Source of the DNA: the human T2T-CHM13v2.0 reference genome, Homo sapiens
Reading direction: 5' to 3' (one strand)
DNA: 64,000 nucleotides
Assembly: GCF_009914755.1 (NCBI RefSeq)
Contig: NC_060925.1
Shown here: piece after piece, positions 39,271-53,664 of the stretch
How the letters are laid out: every line of letters starts with the position of its first letter
Numbering within the stretch: the stretch's first letter is position 1
The notes under the pieces: generated by a model
Databases searched by the model: none
What the model saw: only the letters and a program-made list of their open reading frames with translations
What the model was told of the DNA's origin: nothing
Program-made: the position numbers and the translations under genes

Positions 39271-41820
39271 GTTTCAATGTTTTATTAGAAAGCAGGTACT
39301 TTGCATCTCTTTGATGCAGTTTTCGTGATTTAGGCAAAAGGAAAATTTCCACCCCACCTCCTATTACACAAAGACTGCCTTTTTTTTCTTGCATATTTAT
39401 AGAGAGTAGTTTGATTTTACTAGAATATCTTATCATAATGATGGACTATAATATTGCTTTTCTTCTCCATTTGGATACCACATTTCTTACAACTGCTTCC
39501 TCAAGTCCTGTGAGTGGAAACATGTATCCTGTTTCCTCATTGAGGAAATACAGCAGGGAAATGTTAGGTAGCTACCTGACTAGAGTGCAGGCTTGGCCTT
39601 TTATACAGGAGCAAATGTTAGCAGGATTATTGGCTTCTTTGTGTCTCTGGGGGAAACTTACCCTGTGTGATTTCTTTCTTTGCTGTGGGGGCAGCTACTA
39701 GGAAACAAGATTATGTGCAAATTTACTAATGTAGGCCACAAGGGTAAGTAAAGACCATGTATAATCTTTAGAAATACAAGCTCCCCTTTAGATTTTCTTA
39801 GCTGACTTCTGCATTTGGGCATCACATATACATTCTCCTTAATTTACCAATTATTAGAGGGGCTGGAGAATCTAGTCAATGTATTTCTTAATGCCTTTAA
39901 CCAATGTATACCTTTGTGTATGAGAATTATATTCCGGGAAATGAGCTTGCTCTGACTCTTTTAACTGAACATACATCAAAATGTGCTGGTAAAATATTGA
40001 GGAAATGTTGAAATAGCATAATTGAGAGCATTCTTCCTTGTTTGGTCAAAGGCTCATGGGATACTCATGTGATAACTACAAAATTATTTTCTGTAAGAAA
40101 TTAGATCAGCATGTGAAAGTAGTGAATCATGAAAAATTTAGTAAAACAGGCATCATGGTAAAAAATAAAATTATTCCTGACATTAATTTTGAAATAGCAG
40201 AGAATTGTGTATGTTTTCACTAAGAAGTGGAAATGCATTTGGACCCATTATCCTTACATGCCAAATAACGTGAAACAATATACGTTAATGTCAAAGAGTT
40301 TGACAATAGTTAAAGTAGCCTGCAGCAACTCTCAAAACCTGACCTGTTAATGTTGTAAGGGTTATGAAAATGAAATACTGCTCTCAAAAGTTGTTTTCTT
40401 CAATATACATATTTTCTTGTGGAAAAAAATAAGTCCAAAAAAATGTCAATATAAACATCTGGAGAGGTAAAATTTGAAAGTTCTGTTACCTTAAGTTCGA
40501 GCTTGCCATTACCACTATACTACATTGAAAAGAACTTATTTTAGAACATTGTAGTTGTTGGTGTAACCAAAGTAGGTACCTCGATAAAGTATCCTATTGT
40601 AAAGTAGCATAGTAAAGGAATAGCAATTATCAAAGGGGAAAATATCTGGCTAGTGGCTCAATTCTGTGAACTTTTCAATGTTACATGACTTAAGTGATGC
40701 TGGGTTTTGACAGTAAACTGAGATATGATATTCAAATGTAGATGCTGATACCATTGTGTGTTGCATTATTGTCTGAAAAGGTAAATATTTAGGTTAAATT
40801 AAATGACTTTGTAGGCTGGTAAAACATACAATATAAATTTGAGAATATGGGGATTTAAAAAAATCAACAAATAAACACATGGAATACTTTATAAATTACA
40901 TCATCTAACTAGATGGGAAAACCTACAAAAATATCCAATTACGTTATGCATATTTAATGTACTAACAAATACAATACTGTCATAATGCATGAGTATAGAC
41001 AATTTTCACTGAAATTCTTAAAAACCTTGCTTTCCCAAAATTTAAACTAAAAAAGAGAAGCAACCAAAGGTATTTGTTGGTGCCATACTATGATAGATGT
41101 TTTCATACTGCGCTGAGAGAGACAGAAAGCCTTTGCAAACATTAAACATAAAAGGTATGATGGAAAGTGAACAACTTTAGGCATTGCAATTCTGACCTCG
41201 CTATTTGCCTTTTGTCACTTTAGGCAAGTGCCACTTAATTCCTTGGAGACATAGATTATTGCTCCAGAACAAATGAAATAACATGTTTACGGGTGGTTTG
41301 TATGTTATAAAATGGAATATGGAAGAAAGATGCACATACAATTATAGATCTCTTCTGCAGTCCATACTTGACTGGGGGACTTAGAACATAAGAGGGGCCG
41401 ATGATGAGGAGGAATGCATATGCTAGAATATAATTTATATTAGGAAAGCAAAATAGCACATTTTAAAAATACAAATAGAGGGAACGTAAACTTTCTGTTT
41501 TCAGAAGAGGGCATGACTTTTTAAAATATAAGCGTTATGGATTTAATATACCCTATATTGTTATATTCCAATGTTTGGAAAAAATGTGCATTTATAGAGT
41601 AAAATCCACTGAACTTTATAATAAAGGCTATAAAATATTATACTTTACACTAATCATAGTTTACTATAAGCAAATATTTAACTTCATAAATAAAGGAACA
41701 CTGAATAGTCACCTGATAATTCAATGGACACTTTCATATATTCATCCAATAAAATTAACAATAATGTTTATAAGGCTATAATATTAGAAATCAGAATGTT
41801 TATTCTGGACTCTCTTAAAC

Positions 41821-42290
41821 TGTAACAAGAAGAGAATTGTATTTAGCACAATTCCAGGCACGTATTCCTCCTTTTGTGAGGAGCTGTGACAAAGAGATAA
41901 GGACTGTGATTTCAGAGGGTTATGTTGGCAGGGAGGATCATTTGTCTAGAACCTGAGTTTTAATATAATTGCAGGGGAAAAGGGTTCTTGAATAAGAAGA
42001 GTTGAGAGGTGAAGTGAATACAAGCAGGGAACATCATAGTGAGTGACTGCATGAAAAAAAAGATTTTAGTGGCTTCTATGACAGCCTGTTTTACTGAGAA
42101 CAGTGTATTAAGATAATTTTTAGGAAGGTTTACTGGCATTTGCAGTGGGAAATGTCTATCTTATCTACAAGAAATCTACTCTAAATATATGTATTTTAGT
42201 TCTTAAAGGACTTAGATTTAGATTTAGGGGAACAGTTATTTGTTTTAGAAGTAGTACAGAGTTTAAATTGGCCGCAGAGTAATCTACATT
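41821..42290. mobile_element. MER67-like ERV1 LTR
   Basis: TGTAAC start; GGTTTACTGGCATTTG...GAAATCTACTCTAAATATAT...TAAAGGACTTAG matches the recalled MER67 pattern. Confidence 0.5.
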
Positions 42291-42588
42291 ATACTCAAGA
42301 TCAAAAAAGAAAAACATCTGTATATTTCATGACCTACTACTTAATTGCAGGATAATATAAATGTTTTCTATAATTAGCATTGTTGAAAGGAATTCCATTA
42401 ACTGTACATGTTCACTCCTGCAGGGCACTAAATATTGGGTTCTACATGCAAGTTACTATTTATATACATACAAATTTCACTTTGCTTAGTCATATCTGCC
42501 CCAAATCTGCCCCAAAGTTATAACATCTTACTTCAGTATTTGTGGGGTGGAAACATATTTTATTACAATTTCCATTCTGTTATTTTTC

Positions 42589-42722
42589 TTTTTTTTTCTT
42601 TTTCTTTTTTTTACATAGTGTATGATTTTACTCATGTAACATTCTTGAAATGATAAAATGATAGAGATGGACACAGATCAGTAGTTGCCAGGGGTCAAAA
42701 AATGGGAAAGGGAGGAAGAAGG
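42589..42722 (-). mobile_element. Short L1-mediated retroposed insert (orphan transduction or mini-retrocopy)
   Basis: Perfect 16-bp TSD CATTCTGTTATTTTTC at 42573-42588 and 42723-42738; poly-T 42589-42612; minus-strand AGTAAA 14 nt before the tail. Confidence 0.85.
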
Positions 42723-44384
42723 CATTCTGTTATTTTTCAAATTTTCATCTATCTAGCAGTTGTAGAGTAAAATTCCAATAACTTAATTTTTCAAATCCTT
42801 ATAACTACATTTTTTCTATAGGAAAAATGTTTTATATAGTAGATATATTTCAATAATATTATTTTGCCTCATTATTAAAATTTCCAACACAAATAGAAGT
42901 AGCTTCATTTTGTTCCTAACAGTTATTTTGATCAACTAATAGAGATTTTTTAAAGACAATCCTTAGGTATTTTAAAAAATAAATTTCAATAAAATTGAAG
43001 TATTCAATGGAAGGTTATATACAAAAAAGGAAATAAATCCTCTGTAGTAAAACTGAACAAAACATCTATGAAGCAATTTTCAATCTGAATTATAATTTAA
43101 AAAAATATTTTTATCAGGAAAAATTTCTATTCCATAAATGAGTGATCCACTTCTCTGCAACTGTAAAGCCATACTGCCTATATGATACCACCATGTAATG
43201 GTTAATCTTCCTTTCCAATTTATGGTGCAAATTTTAAAAAGAGCACTGTCTTCATAATACCAAAGTTAAAATTATTTTTCTGCTACATTTTGAAATATTG
43301 CATTTTGGCTTGGAAATAACTTAATAAAAATAGTTTAGTCATAGTAATTCTATGCCTAAACAATGTTTTCAACTGATTTATTTTGCTAGTGCTTTAATAC
43401 TCATTTTAAGTACTCACCAATCTTAAGTTGCTGCATCCAAGATATCTGGAAATGGCATATAATTTAATTAATTTTATGAGTATGATTTGCCTTTTCTCTT
43501 TTATTTTCATACATTTATGCATGTTAGCTTCTTTGGCTGGAGTATCTTCCTAAACAATAACTGCTTGTCACTTCTCTAAATCATGCTTCAAGGCTTAGTT
43601 TTAATGCTAACTCCTACATGAATTCTCTTTTTATTATTTCAGCCTGCAGTGATTGCTACTGCCCTCATTATGCTATGTAGTCTTTCTAGTTATATTCAAT
43701 AATTTGAAGACATTCAAGTCTCTACTTGATTATGTATAGGGCTTTTTATATAAGCATCAATTTTTGTTGAAAAAAGTAAATTGTATGAAGAGCCAAAGGT
43801 TAAATTTCTCTAAGGTATCAGTACCAGGAAAATTTACAATTCCCATGAGCATTGGGTATATTTTTAATTTCATAGACATTGGCCCCTGTAATGGATCTTA
43901 TTTTCTTTTATTACTGTTGCTCAGAAGCCCAGCACCAAATTTGCACCTCATATCTTGAAGGTGTACAGCATCTCATAGCCTTTTAAAAAATATGAATATA
44001 TTAGCTTTGCCACTGTTTTCATCCCTTTTTAATTTTTTTGTTCCCTGTGTCCTGATTTTTTTATTTAAATTTTTAGAAAATTCCTGATGTTCTTGAATAT
44101 CTATGTAATCCACCTCAAAATTTCTTTATATCAAAGTGAAGCATATGCAAATAAATAGAGAATAAACTGTGTGAAAATAATTGTTTTTACCTGGAAACAT
44201 TTCAAAAATGGGGGGGATCAAGAAAATAATGAGATGCAATAAATATATTTGGACTTCTATATGTATTTCTTATTTTAAAAATAAAAGTTAACTTTAGAAA
44301 TATTTAATTTGCAAATCAAAGAAGCACATACATGCAATTTACAAATAAATATACATATACTGCGTGCGTACATGCGTGTGTGTC

Positions 44385-45120
<736 letters not shown>

Positions 45121-45389
45121 ACATAGACAGACAGATACATACATTTATACATACAAACATAAACGGATTGACAGAGAGGCCTGCCATCTGTCTGTAGCAC
45201 AAGCTAAATAGTCCTGAACAAAGTGAACAGACCTCTGTGACACCCGGAGATCACCTAGAAATCCCTGGGTCTAAGTTATTACTTTTCATTATCATAGGAA
45301 TCTATTTAATTTTCATGTTACTTTATAGTTGAGAATGAATTGCGTTCTGGCCTATAAAGGAGCTGATTTTACTGACCAGGAGGTGACAG

Positions 45390-45603
45390 TTATGGTCACT
45401 AGAGCCCTCTGCTTGGTTTTGAATCTCAGCTCTTCCATTTACTAAATGTGTGATCTTTGACAGGCATTTACCCTCTCTGGGCCTCAGTTTTCTTATTTGT
45501 AACCTGAGGATAATAACAATAACTATTTAACAGTGATTTGGGAAAAATACAATGAATTAATTTAAAGTGCTTGGAAAAGAATTGGACAAATGTGTTAGCT
45601 ATA
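45390..45603 (+). mobile_element. MIR
   Basis: CCTCTCTGGGCCTCAGTTTTCTTATTTGTAA core. Confidence 0.8.
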
Positions 45604-45919
45604 ATCTTTATGTAAAAAAATTACATCTCAAAGTCTCAATTACCCAGGTCAGTACCTTAAGCAATTAAAAAATCTTAACTAGTTGTTTCATATGGCCTGT
45701 ATAGACAATACTCAACTGAGAAGTAATTTAGAGCATGACATAATTAACAACAATGAAAACATAGACATGGGAAATTTTTTTGACATTTTAGTAATGTAAG
45801 AAAAAAAATCTAAGCTAAGGTGCTTGGGAATTCTAATTGACTGTATTTGGGCTATCAGGTTACAGTTATATTTAAATAGATGTTCTGGGTAATTCTGACC
45901 AGAAGTTAGAAGGAACTAC

Positions 45920-46478
45920 CATAGTGGTTTTAAAACATATCTGTAAATTCTTGTAAACATCTCCTATCAAAAGTCAGTGTCCCCTCCACAGGCTAGCCTT
46001 TGGGACCACCAAGATGAATAGAATGTGGCAGAAATGACACTGCATGGTTTCTGAGACTATGTTAGCAAAGACCAGGTAGGTTTTCCTGGTCAGCCTTTGA
46101 ACACTGACTCTCAGACCATCAATCACTATGGAAGAAGTCCAGGAATCAGAGAAAAGAAATCAGAGAAAAGACCTTTACATGTTAAAATGTTCATGTGCTG
46201 CATTGTGTGATTGTTTTTAAGAAAATCACACAAGGAACCATGAAGCCACCTTATTTAAAGTCCACATAGAGCGAAAGATGGCGGAGGAGGCCTAGCTGCT
46301 CCCTGTTGAAAACTTACTAATCCAGGTACCGGACATGAAGAAGCTTCAGGATAACCATATGCAAGAACCAGAGCGAGAACTGCTGAGCCAGTCATTCCCT
46401 TGAATTGGGCAAAATAAATGATTTATATCATAAGCTACTCTTTTGCAGACATTTGTTACAAAACATGAGATAGCAACA
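45920..46478 (+). mobile_element. MLT1F/G-like LTR, interrupted by a templated insertion
   Basis: GTGGTTTTAAAACATATC...GAATAGAATGTGGCAGAAATGAC. Confidence 0.7.
46159..46221 (+). repeat. 63-bp copy of 50209-50271
   Basis: 60/63 identical by eye. Confidence 0.95.
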
Positions 46479-46744
46479 GTAATACTTGTTTCTTTTTAGA
46501 TCCTAAATTCATTAATTAGTTTTTATGTAAAAGAATGAGTGTAAGAATCAAAACTCAAAGACATTCATAAAAAATAGTTTTCATTTTTTTAAATTTTCAA
46601 GATACTGTTAAATATCTTGAAATTGTGTCAAGCAATAATTAAATATCATTTTTCCTGTCTTCTCAGCTTCCACCACAATGCAGACTTCTTTCTTTCATTT
46701 ATTTCTGAAGTCTGAATAGGAGAGGACCCCTATCATCCAGTGTG

Positions 46745-46789
46745 CACACACACACACACACACGCACACACACAGACACACACACACAC
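46745..46789. repeat. (CA)n microsatellite, interrupted
   Basis: Seen directly. Confidence 0.95.
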
Positions 46790-49554
46790 TGCATTTCTCA
46801 CCCCATCCCTGCATTTTGGTGGGCAAACATGTTTTCTATTATTAATATCCAGACACACAGCCTGGTCGATTCTTTGAGGAAGTAATATGGTCTGATTATC
46901 TATACTTAAAATTGAGACAATTGAGACAATAATGACAACAAATTATAACAGCTTTTGTTCATTTGAGGTCCTGAGAAACTGAATTTCTACCCTCCAATAG
47001 AATTATTATGAAGTAGAATATACATAATATTTCAGGACAGAAAAAAAAAGAGTATCTTGTACATTCTGTGCTTCAATGTTCTTCATTGCTGTAACTTGTG
47101 AAAATTATATTTTTGGAATAATATGGCCAAGCTCTTATAATTCCAAAGAAGAAGGAACACTAGTACAATTTCTGAAGCCTGTTCTTTCTCTGAGAGAAGA
47201 AAAAAGAAACATGGCTAGTTGCCAAGAGTTTCAGTTTGCAAGCTTGAGATTTGCCAAGGAGGAATTGGCTCAATAAAAGTCCCTGTTTTCTAATGGAAAT
47301 ATATATAGATTTTTCAATGCTAGAATAAGCATTTGAAATTATACATTATATCAATACTTTCTGCAGCAATTAGCAATTGGACCTATTTATTCCTGTGTGG
47401 GAGAGGTTGTGCTATTGGTATATTTTTTTTTCCTGAATCTTTCTGTGCATACACATTCTCAAAACACTTTAAAAAGAGGCTGCTTTAATGAATGTACTAT
47501 GTTTGTTGATTGTTTCTTTAAACAATAGGAGATAGAAGATGAAGGATTTAATAAGGGAGTTAGCTTAGTTTTAAACTGTAAAACTTATGTTTTTATTGCA
47601 TATAAGCACATCTTTATAAATGAATTCAAAAGCATAATTCTGTGAGGCATTTGAAAACAGCCACCAATCCTCTGACATATGCTGGAATGTGGTTTGTCAC
47701 CTGTAGAAAACTAATTCTGATTAGCACTAAGATTAGTCATTCTAGTCTCCACTGGGTTGCAGTTTTTAAGCTTCACTAGAATCTTCCCCAACTTTTGGCA
47801 CCTGGGTGTTATGCATACCTGTGACCACAAACTGAAACTGAACCGATGAAATTGACATACTCAGAATGGAAACACTAATGTTGTCAGTTGAGGAGAAGGA
47901 CTCTCAGAGGAGGACCAAGTTAATATGACAACTCCACTGAAGTGAATTACCACTAAAGAAAGACACTCTAGCATATGCAAATTGTTTTTCATTGTTATGC
48001 AGAATATCTAGAAGGAGAGAATACCATTAAGTTTCTTTATAACATCTGATATTATTTTCCTCAACATTCCTTCTAGCAAGTTTGCTAAAGACTCATCTTG
48101 GGGATTGTGAAATGCCAATGGTTTTAGGTGTCCAGACACATGAATACTCCAGAAAGGAAAATAGATGCATGTGTTAAAATGAGTGACAGCATTCTATCAG
48201 AATTATCTTGGGTATTAATATATCTTCCGGCCCAGATTCAAGGTAACAGCTAAACAACCACACCCCCACAGATAAACAAACATAGAAGAAGTAGATCTCT
48301 TCATACCATCATTTAGCTCTATTCTTCCCTCTCTTTGGGAACAGAATTTCCATTTCTTTGGAACAAAATGTAGTTTTCCATATCTTGCCCTCCTACTTTG
48401 TATTTTCCTGATTCATTTTTAAGGCCTTGGACTTAGTAAATTGTCAAGTTAATTGTGACATAATGAAAAATTGAATAAACTCAGGAAACACAAATAAATG
48501 TCTGGGTACTGGGGAGGTCCAAACTTTCTTTGGAATGTGTAGCACTCATATTTAGTAGAGACAATAGCTTTAGAAATGTGTTTGTGTAACAGAAAAAATG
48601 AAATTTTTTTTTCTACCTCACACCCCTCCTCTTTCATTCTTAGATGGGTAACTTTCCTCTTTCTCCATGGATGGCTCTGACTCAGGGAGAGGTTTGGAGT
48701 ATAGTTTTTTTTGCTCTCCGAAAATATGTAAAAACCCATTTGAAGCCAGAGAAGGATTGTACCATGCTTCTGTACAAAGGATAAGGCAGTCATTGACACT
48801 AACTTATAGCAATATAATACACCATGAAAGAAGGAGAGTAAGGAATACACCATTTAAATAAAGGGTTTGGAAATGGAATCTGGTTCTTGAACCTTAATTG
48901 TATTCCACTAAATGACATTGATTTTTTTTAACCAGAGAGGATGGACTATAAAAGATTGTCCATATGTCACACTATAGGTTCTTTTGTCTTTATGACTGCT
49001 GAAAAACTTCCCCAAAAGCATTTTGGTGGAATATTTCTTATATTCCCAACAAATTCTTCAACCGCTCTCCAAATTATTGATGAGTTTATTCCTTGAACAT
49101 AACTAAGACAGAGAAAAAGTTATTATCAAAAATATAGTTATACTTAAAAGATTTTGACTTTTCTGAATAAAGCAATAATACATGGTGCTTGATATTGCAC
49201 CTATAATTTTACACCTCAGTGATTTTAATATAATGAACAATAGATATGTAATTTCAACTTTCAACTCTAGTAAGAGATGGGTTTGCCCCTGCCACTTGGA
49301 ATTTAGATTCATGTCTATTATCTCATGCAAGGAAGTTTCCACATTGGAGTATGCTGGTCCACAAAATGTTCAAATTTGTGTGTTATTACCTTAATACTTG
49401 TTTTCATTTGAAGCATTTATTTTCTTGGTCAGTGAGAAGCTATCATATACAGTCCAAAAAATTTCTGTGTACAGATTTATTGAGAGATACTTCAGTTCAA
49501 ACCAAAAAATAAACATTTTTATTAACTCTGTTAAATGGTCACTATCCCCAGAAG

Positions 49555-49733
49555 CAGTAGTTATCAAAATGTAGCTCCCAGAAGAGTAGCATCAGCATTA
49601 CCTGGGAATTTGTTAAAAATGAAAATTATGAGACCTTAACCAGAAGTACTGATTCACAAACTCTAAGAGTGAGGTCCAGTAATCTGAGTTTTAATGAGCT
49701 CTCCAGATGATGTGTGGTCGGTGGGAGCCACTA
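49555..49733. mobile_element. MER5A
   Basis: CAGTAGTTATCAAAATGTAG...GCATCAGCATTACCTGGGAATTTGTTAAAAATG. Confidence 0.8.
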
Positions 49734-50559
49734 ATTATAAAAATAAAGTGAGTAGGATTGAAAACAAATTTGATATTCTTATATGTAGGGCAATAAAGCA
49801 GTAATGGAAAGTACCAGGAAAATCAAGTCACTGTCACATGTACCACATTAACTAAATTTAGATAATTAGTTGGCATAGTAATAGTTTCTAACTTTGTGGT
49901 ACATTAAAGTTATCAAATTGCCTTCAGATACTTCACCATATTGGTTTCTCATCATAACCCTCTGAGTTAGCTAGCACAAACCAAATATTGTTTCCTTCCT
50001 ATAAGAACACTCAAGATTTTGTCAAAAGGCAACCAGCTAGAGATGGCATTAGAATCATCTTCTGTCTTGGTCTCTTTGAAATTTGCTGTGGTACAATAAG
50101 ACCCTTATGAAAAGGGACTGACTTAAAATATGGCATGTTTTTGTCCTGCATCAGTAATACTTTCATCTTTGGTTATCACTCTTAATATTAAGTGACATAT
50201 TAAAGTGCATCAGAGAAAAGACCTTCACATGTTAAAATGTTCATGTGCTGCATTGTGTGAATTTTTTTAAGGAGATTAGCCACCTATACTCAGTACCTTA
50301 ATGTCCATTTATTGTATTGAGGTACTGACATGTTTTACAATTGATAACAAAATGTACTTCAAGAAAATTGTAGTCTTCAGCTTTCCTTTGTAGGTGAAAA
50401 CTCTAGTCAAGTCTCTATTGTTTTATTGACTCATAAGGTATTCTGTTGAGTGCCTATTTTATACCATGTCCTCTTCTAGGCACTAGGAAAATAAATGTCA
50501 CGAGTCTCGCATTTTAAGAGCTTCCTTTATCTAGAAACAAAACAAGCCCCAGGAATAGC

Positions 50560-51215
50560 TAAGCCACTATCATCTTGCCCTGCAGTTTGGCAACAGCTTT
50601 CTCAACTGTCTTTCTGTGTTCTTTTCCCTGCTGCAATAGAAAATGAACCTTTTCAGGAATAAATGAGGTTATATCATTTCTCTGCCCAAAACCCTCTAGA
50701 AGATTTCCATTACATTTAAAGAATAAAATCCTAAGTATTAGTCTCTGACATACTTTGCCTTAAGTATCTCCTTATTGTTTCTTCAACATATTAAGCACAT
50801 GTCCAACTCAAATCCTCTGAACCAGCTGTCATTTGGTCTGAAACATTTTTGCCCTAAAAATTTTCATGGCTCATTATTTTATTTCACTCTGTTTTCTATT
50901 CAAATAAGCTTTCTTAGAAAGGCCTTTCCTGACCAATAACTCTATGTAAAATAATCCCACACACTCCCAATCCAGTCACTTTCAAATCCTCTCACTTTGC
51001 TACTTTTCTTGTTCAAAGCACTTATGAATACCTGACAGTATATAATATATGTCAATTTGGGATTATCACTTAATATTTTATATTAAAAATAATGTATGAA
51101 TTTTTAGCCATTAATTGCTTGTTTATGATTTATAATTCTTTTCCCTAGTACTTGGATTCCATAAAGACAGAGATTTTTATCATTGTGTTTACCACTATAT
51201 TCTTGACACCAAGAA
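50560..51215 (+). mobile_element. L2 fragment
   Basis: TCATTTCTCTGCCCAAAACCCTC...AGAATAAAATCC; AGAAAGGCCTTTCCTGACCA. Confidence 0.75.
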
Positions 51216-51532
51216 TTAAAAGTTATGAACATACAAAAATTATGTATGAAAAATAAATCACTTTATAATGAAAAATTTAATTAATGATAATATGTAGCAC
51301 AAGGTACAAGTATGCCCTAAATAACATTATTAACAAGTGTATGCAGGATAAATTGATGGATTTGAATGAGCAAATAAAGATATCACAAAGATAACAGGAG
51401 AGCTCCACTATCCATTTACTAGATCAGACATATTCTAATCTAGTAAATAGACATCATAAAATATGTGGGAGGTGAAATATAGTAAATTATGTAGAACTAT
51501 TAAAATGAGATAACTAAAAGAATGAGATAACA

Positions 51533-53664
51533 TTTCCCTGCACAAGCTCTTTTTGCCTGCTGCCATCCATGTAAGATATGAGTTACTCCTCCTTGCCTTC
51601 TGACATAACTTTGAGGCCTCATAAGCCATGTGTTACTGTAAGACCATTAAACCTCTTTCTTTTATAAATTGCCCAGTCTCAGGTATGTCTTTATCAGCAA
51701 CGTGAAAATGGACAAATACAGTAAATCGGTACCAGTAGAGTGAGGTGCTGCTGAAAACATACCTGAAAATGTGGAAGCAACTTTGGAACTGGCTAACAGG
51801 CAGAGATTGGAATAGTTTGGAGGGCTCAGAAGAAGACAGGAAAATGTGGGAAAGTTTGTAACTTCCTAGAGACTTGTTGAATGGCTTTGACAAAAATGCT
51901 GATAGTGATATAGACAATAAGGTCCAGGCTGAGGTGGTCTCAGATGTAGATGAGAAACTTGGGAACTGGAGCAAAGGTGACTCTTGTTATGCTTTAGCAA
52001 AGAGACTGGCAGTATTTTGCCCCTGCCCTAGAGATTTGTGGAACTTTGAACTTGAGAGAGATGATTTAGGGTATCTGGCAGAAGAAATTTCTAAGCAGCA
52101 AAGCATACAACAGGTGACTTGGGTAGTGTTAAAGGCATTTAGTTGTGTAAGGGAAGCAGAGCATAAAAGTTTGGAAAATTTGCAGCCTGACAATGGATAG
52201 AAAAGAAAATCCCATTTTCTGAGGAGAAATTCAGGTGAGCAGGCTGCAGAAATGTGCATAAGTAACAAGCCGCTGAATATTAATCCCCAAGACAATGGGA
52301 AAAATGTCTCCAGGGCATGTCAGAGGTCTTTGAGGCAGCCCCTCCCATCACAGGCTTGGAGGCCTAGAAGGAAAAAGTGGTTTCATGGGCCAGGTCCAGG
52401 GTCCCTGTGCTGTGTGCAGCCTAGGGACCTGGTGCCCTGCATCCCAGCCACTCCAGTTGGGGCTGAAAGGGGCCAATGTAGAGCTTGGGCCATGGCTGGA
52501 GAGGGTGCAAACCCAAGCCTTGACAGTTTCCACGTGGTGTTGAGCCTGTGGGTACACAGAAGTCAAGAATTGGGGTTTGGGAAACTCCGCCTAGATTTCA
52601 GAAGATGTATGGAAACACCTGGATGCCCAGGTGGAAGTTTGCTGCAGGGGCAGGGCTCTGATAGAGAACGTCTGCTAGGGCAGTGCAGAAGGGAAATATG
52701 GGGTCCGAGCTCCCACACAGAGTCCCCACTGTGCCATCACCTACTGTAGCTGTGAGAAGAGAGCCACCATCCTCCAGACCCCAGAATGGTAGATCCACTG
52801 ACAGCTTGCACCATGTGCCTGGAAAAGCCACAAGCACTCAATGCCAGCCTGGAAAGCAGTCAGAGGGAGACTGTACCCTGCAAAGCCACAGGGGTGGAGC
52901 TGCCCAAGACCATGGGAACCCACCTGTTGCATCAGCATGACCTAGATATGAGACATGAAGTGAAAGAAAATCATTTTGGAGCTTTAAAGTTTGACTGCCC
53001 TGCTGGATTTCAAGCTTGCATTGGGGCATGTAGCCCCTTTGTTTTGGCCAGTTTCTCCAATTTTAAATGGCTGTATTTACACAATGCCTGTACCCCAATT
53101 GTATTTATGAAGTAACTAACTTGCTTTTGATTTTACAGGCTCATGGGCAGAAAGAACTTGCCTTGTCTCAGATGAGGTGTTGGATTGTGGACCTTTAAGT
53201 TAATGCTGAAATTAGTTAAGACTTTGGGGAATTGTTGGGAAGGCATGAATGGTTTTTAAATGTAAGGACATGAGATTTGGGAAGGGCCTGGGCAGAATGA
53301 TATTGTTTGATTGTGTCCCCACCCAAATCTCATCTTGAATTGTAACTCCCACAATTCACACGTGTCATGGGAGGAACCTGGTGGAGATGATTGAATTATG
53401 GGGGCCGGTCTTTACTGTGCTGTTCTTGTGATAATGAATGATTGTCATGAAATCTGATGGTTTTAAAAATGGGATTTTCCCTGCAAAAGCTCTCTTTGCC
53501 TGCTTCCATTAATGTAAGATGTGTCTTGCTCCTCCTGCCTTCCACCATGATTGTGAGGCCTCCCCAGTCATGTGGAACTGTAAGTCTAACAAACCTCTTT
53601 TTTTTTTGTAAATTGCCCAGTCTTGTATATGTCTTTATCAGTAAGATGAAAATGGACTAATACA
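51533..53664 (+). mobile_element. THE1B-like MaLR provirus: partial 5' LTR 51533-51720, internal 51721-53297, 3' LTR 53298-53664
   Basis: Internal region starts GTAAATCGGTACCAGTAGAG; THE1-int ORF pieces (KGDSCYALAKRL, DDLGYLAEEISKQQSIQ); purine-rich tract before TGATATTGTTTG; ends GGACTAATACA. Confidence 0.95.

Noticed and set aside
51633-53115. Cluster of overlapping 65-165 aa ORFs
   Set aside because: THE1 internal sequence with a broken MaLR ORF, not an operon-like system.
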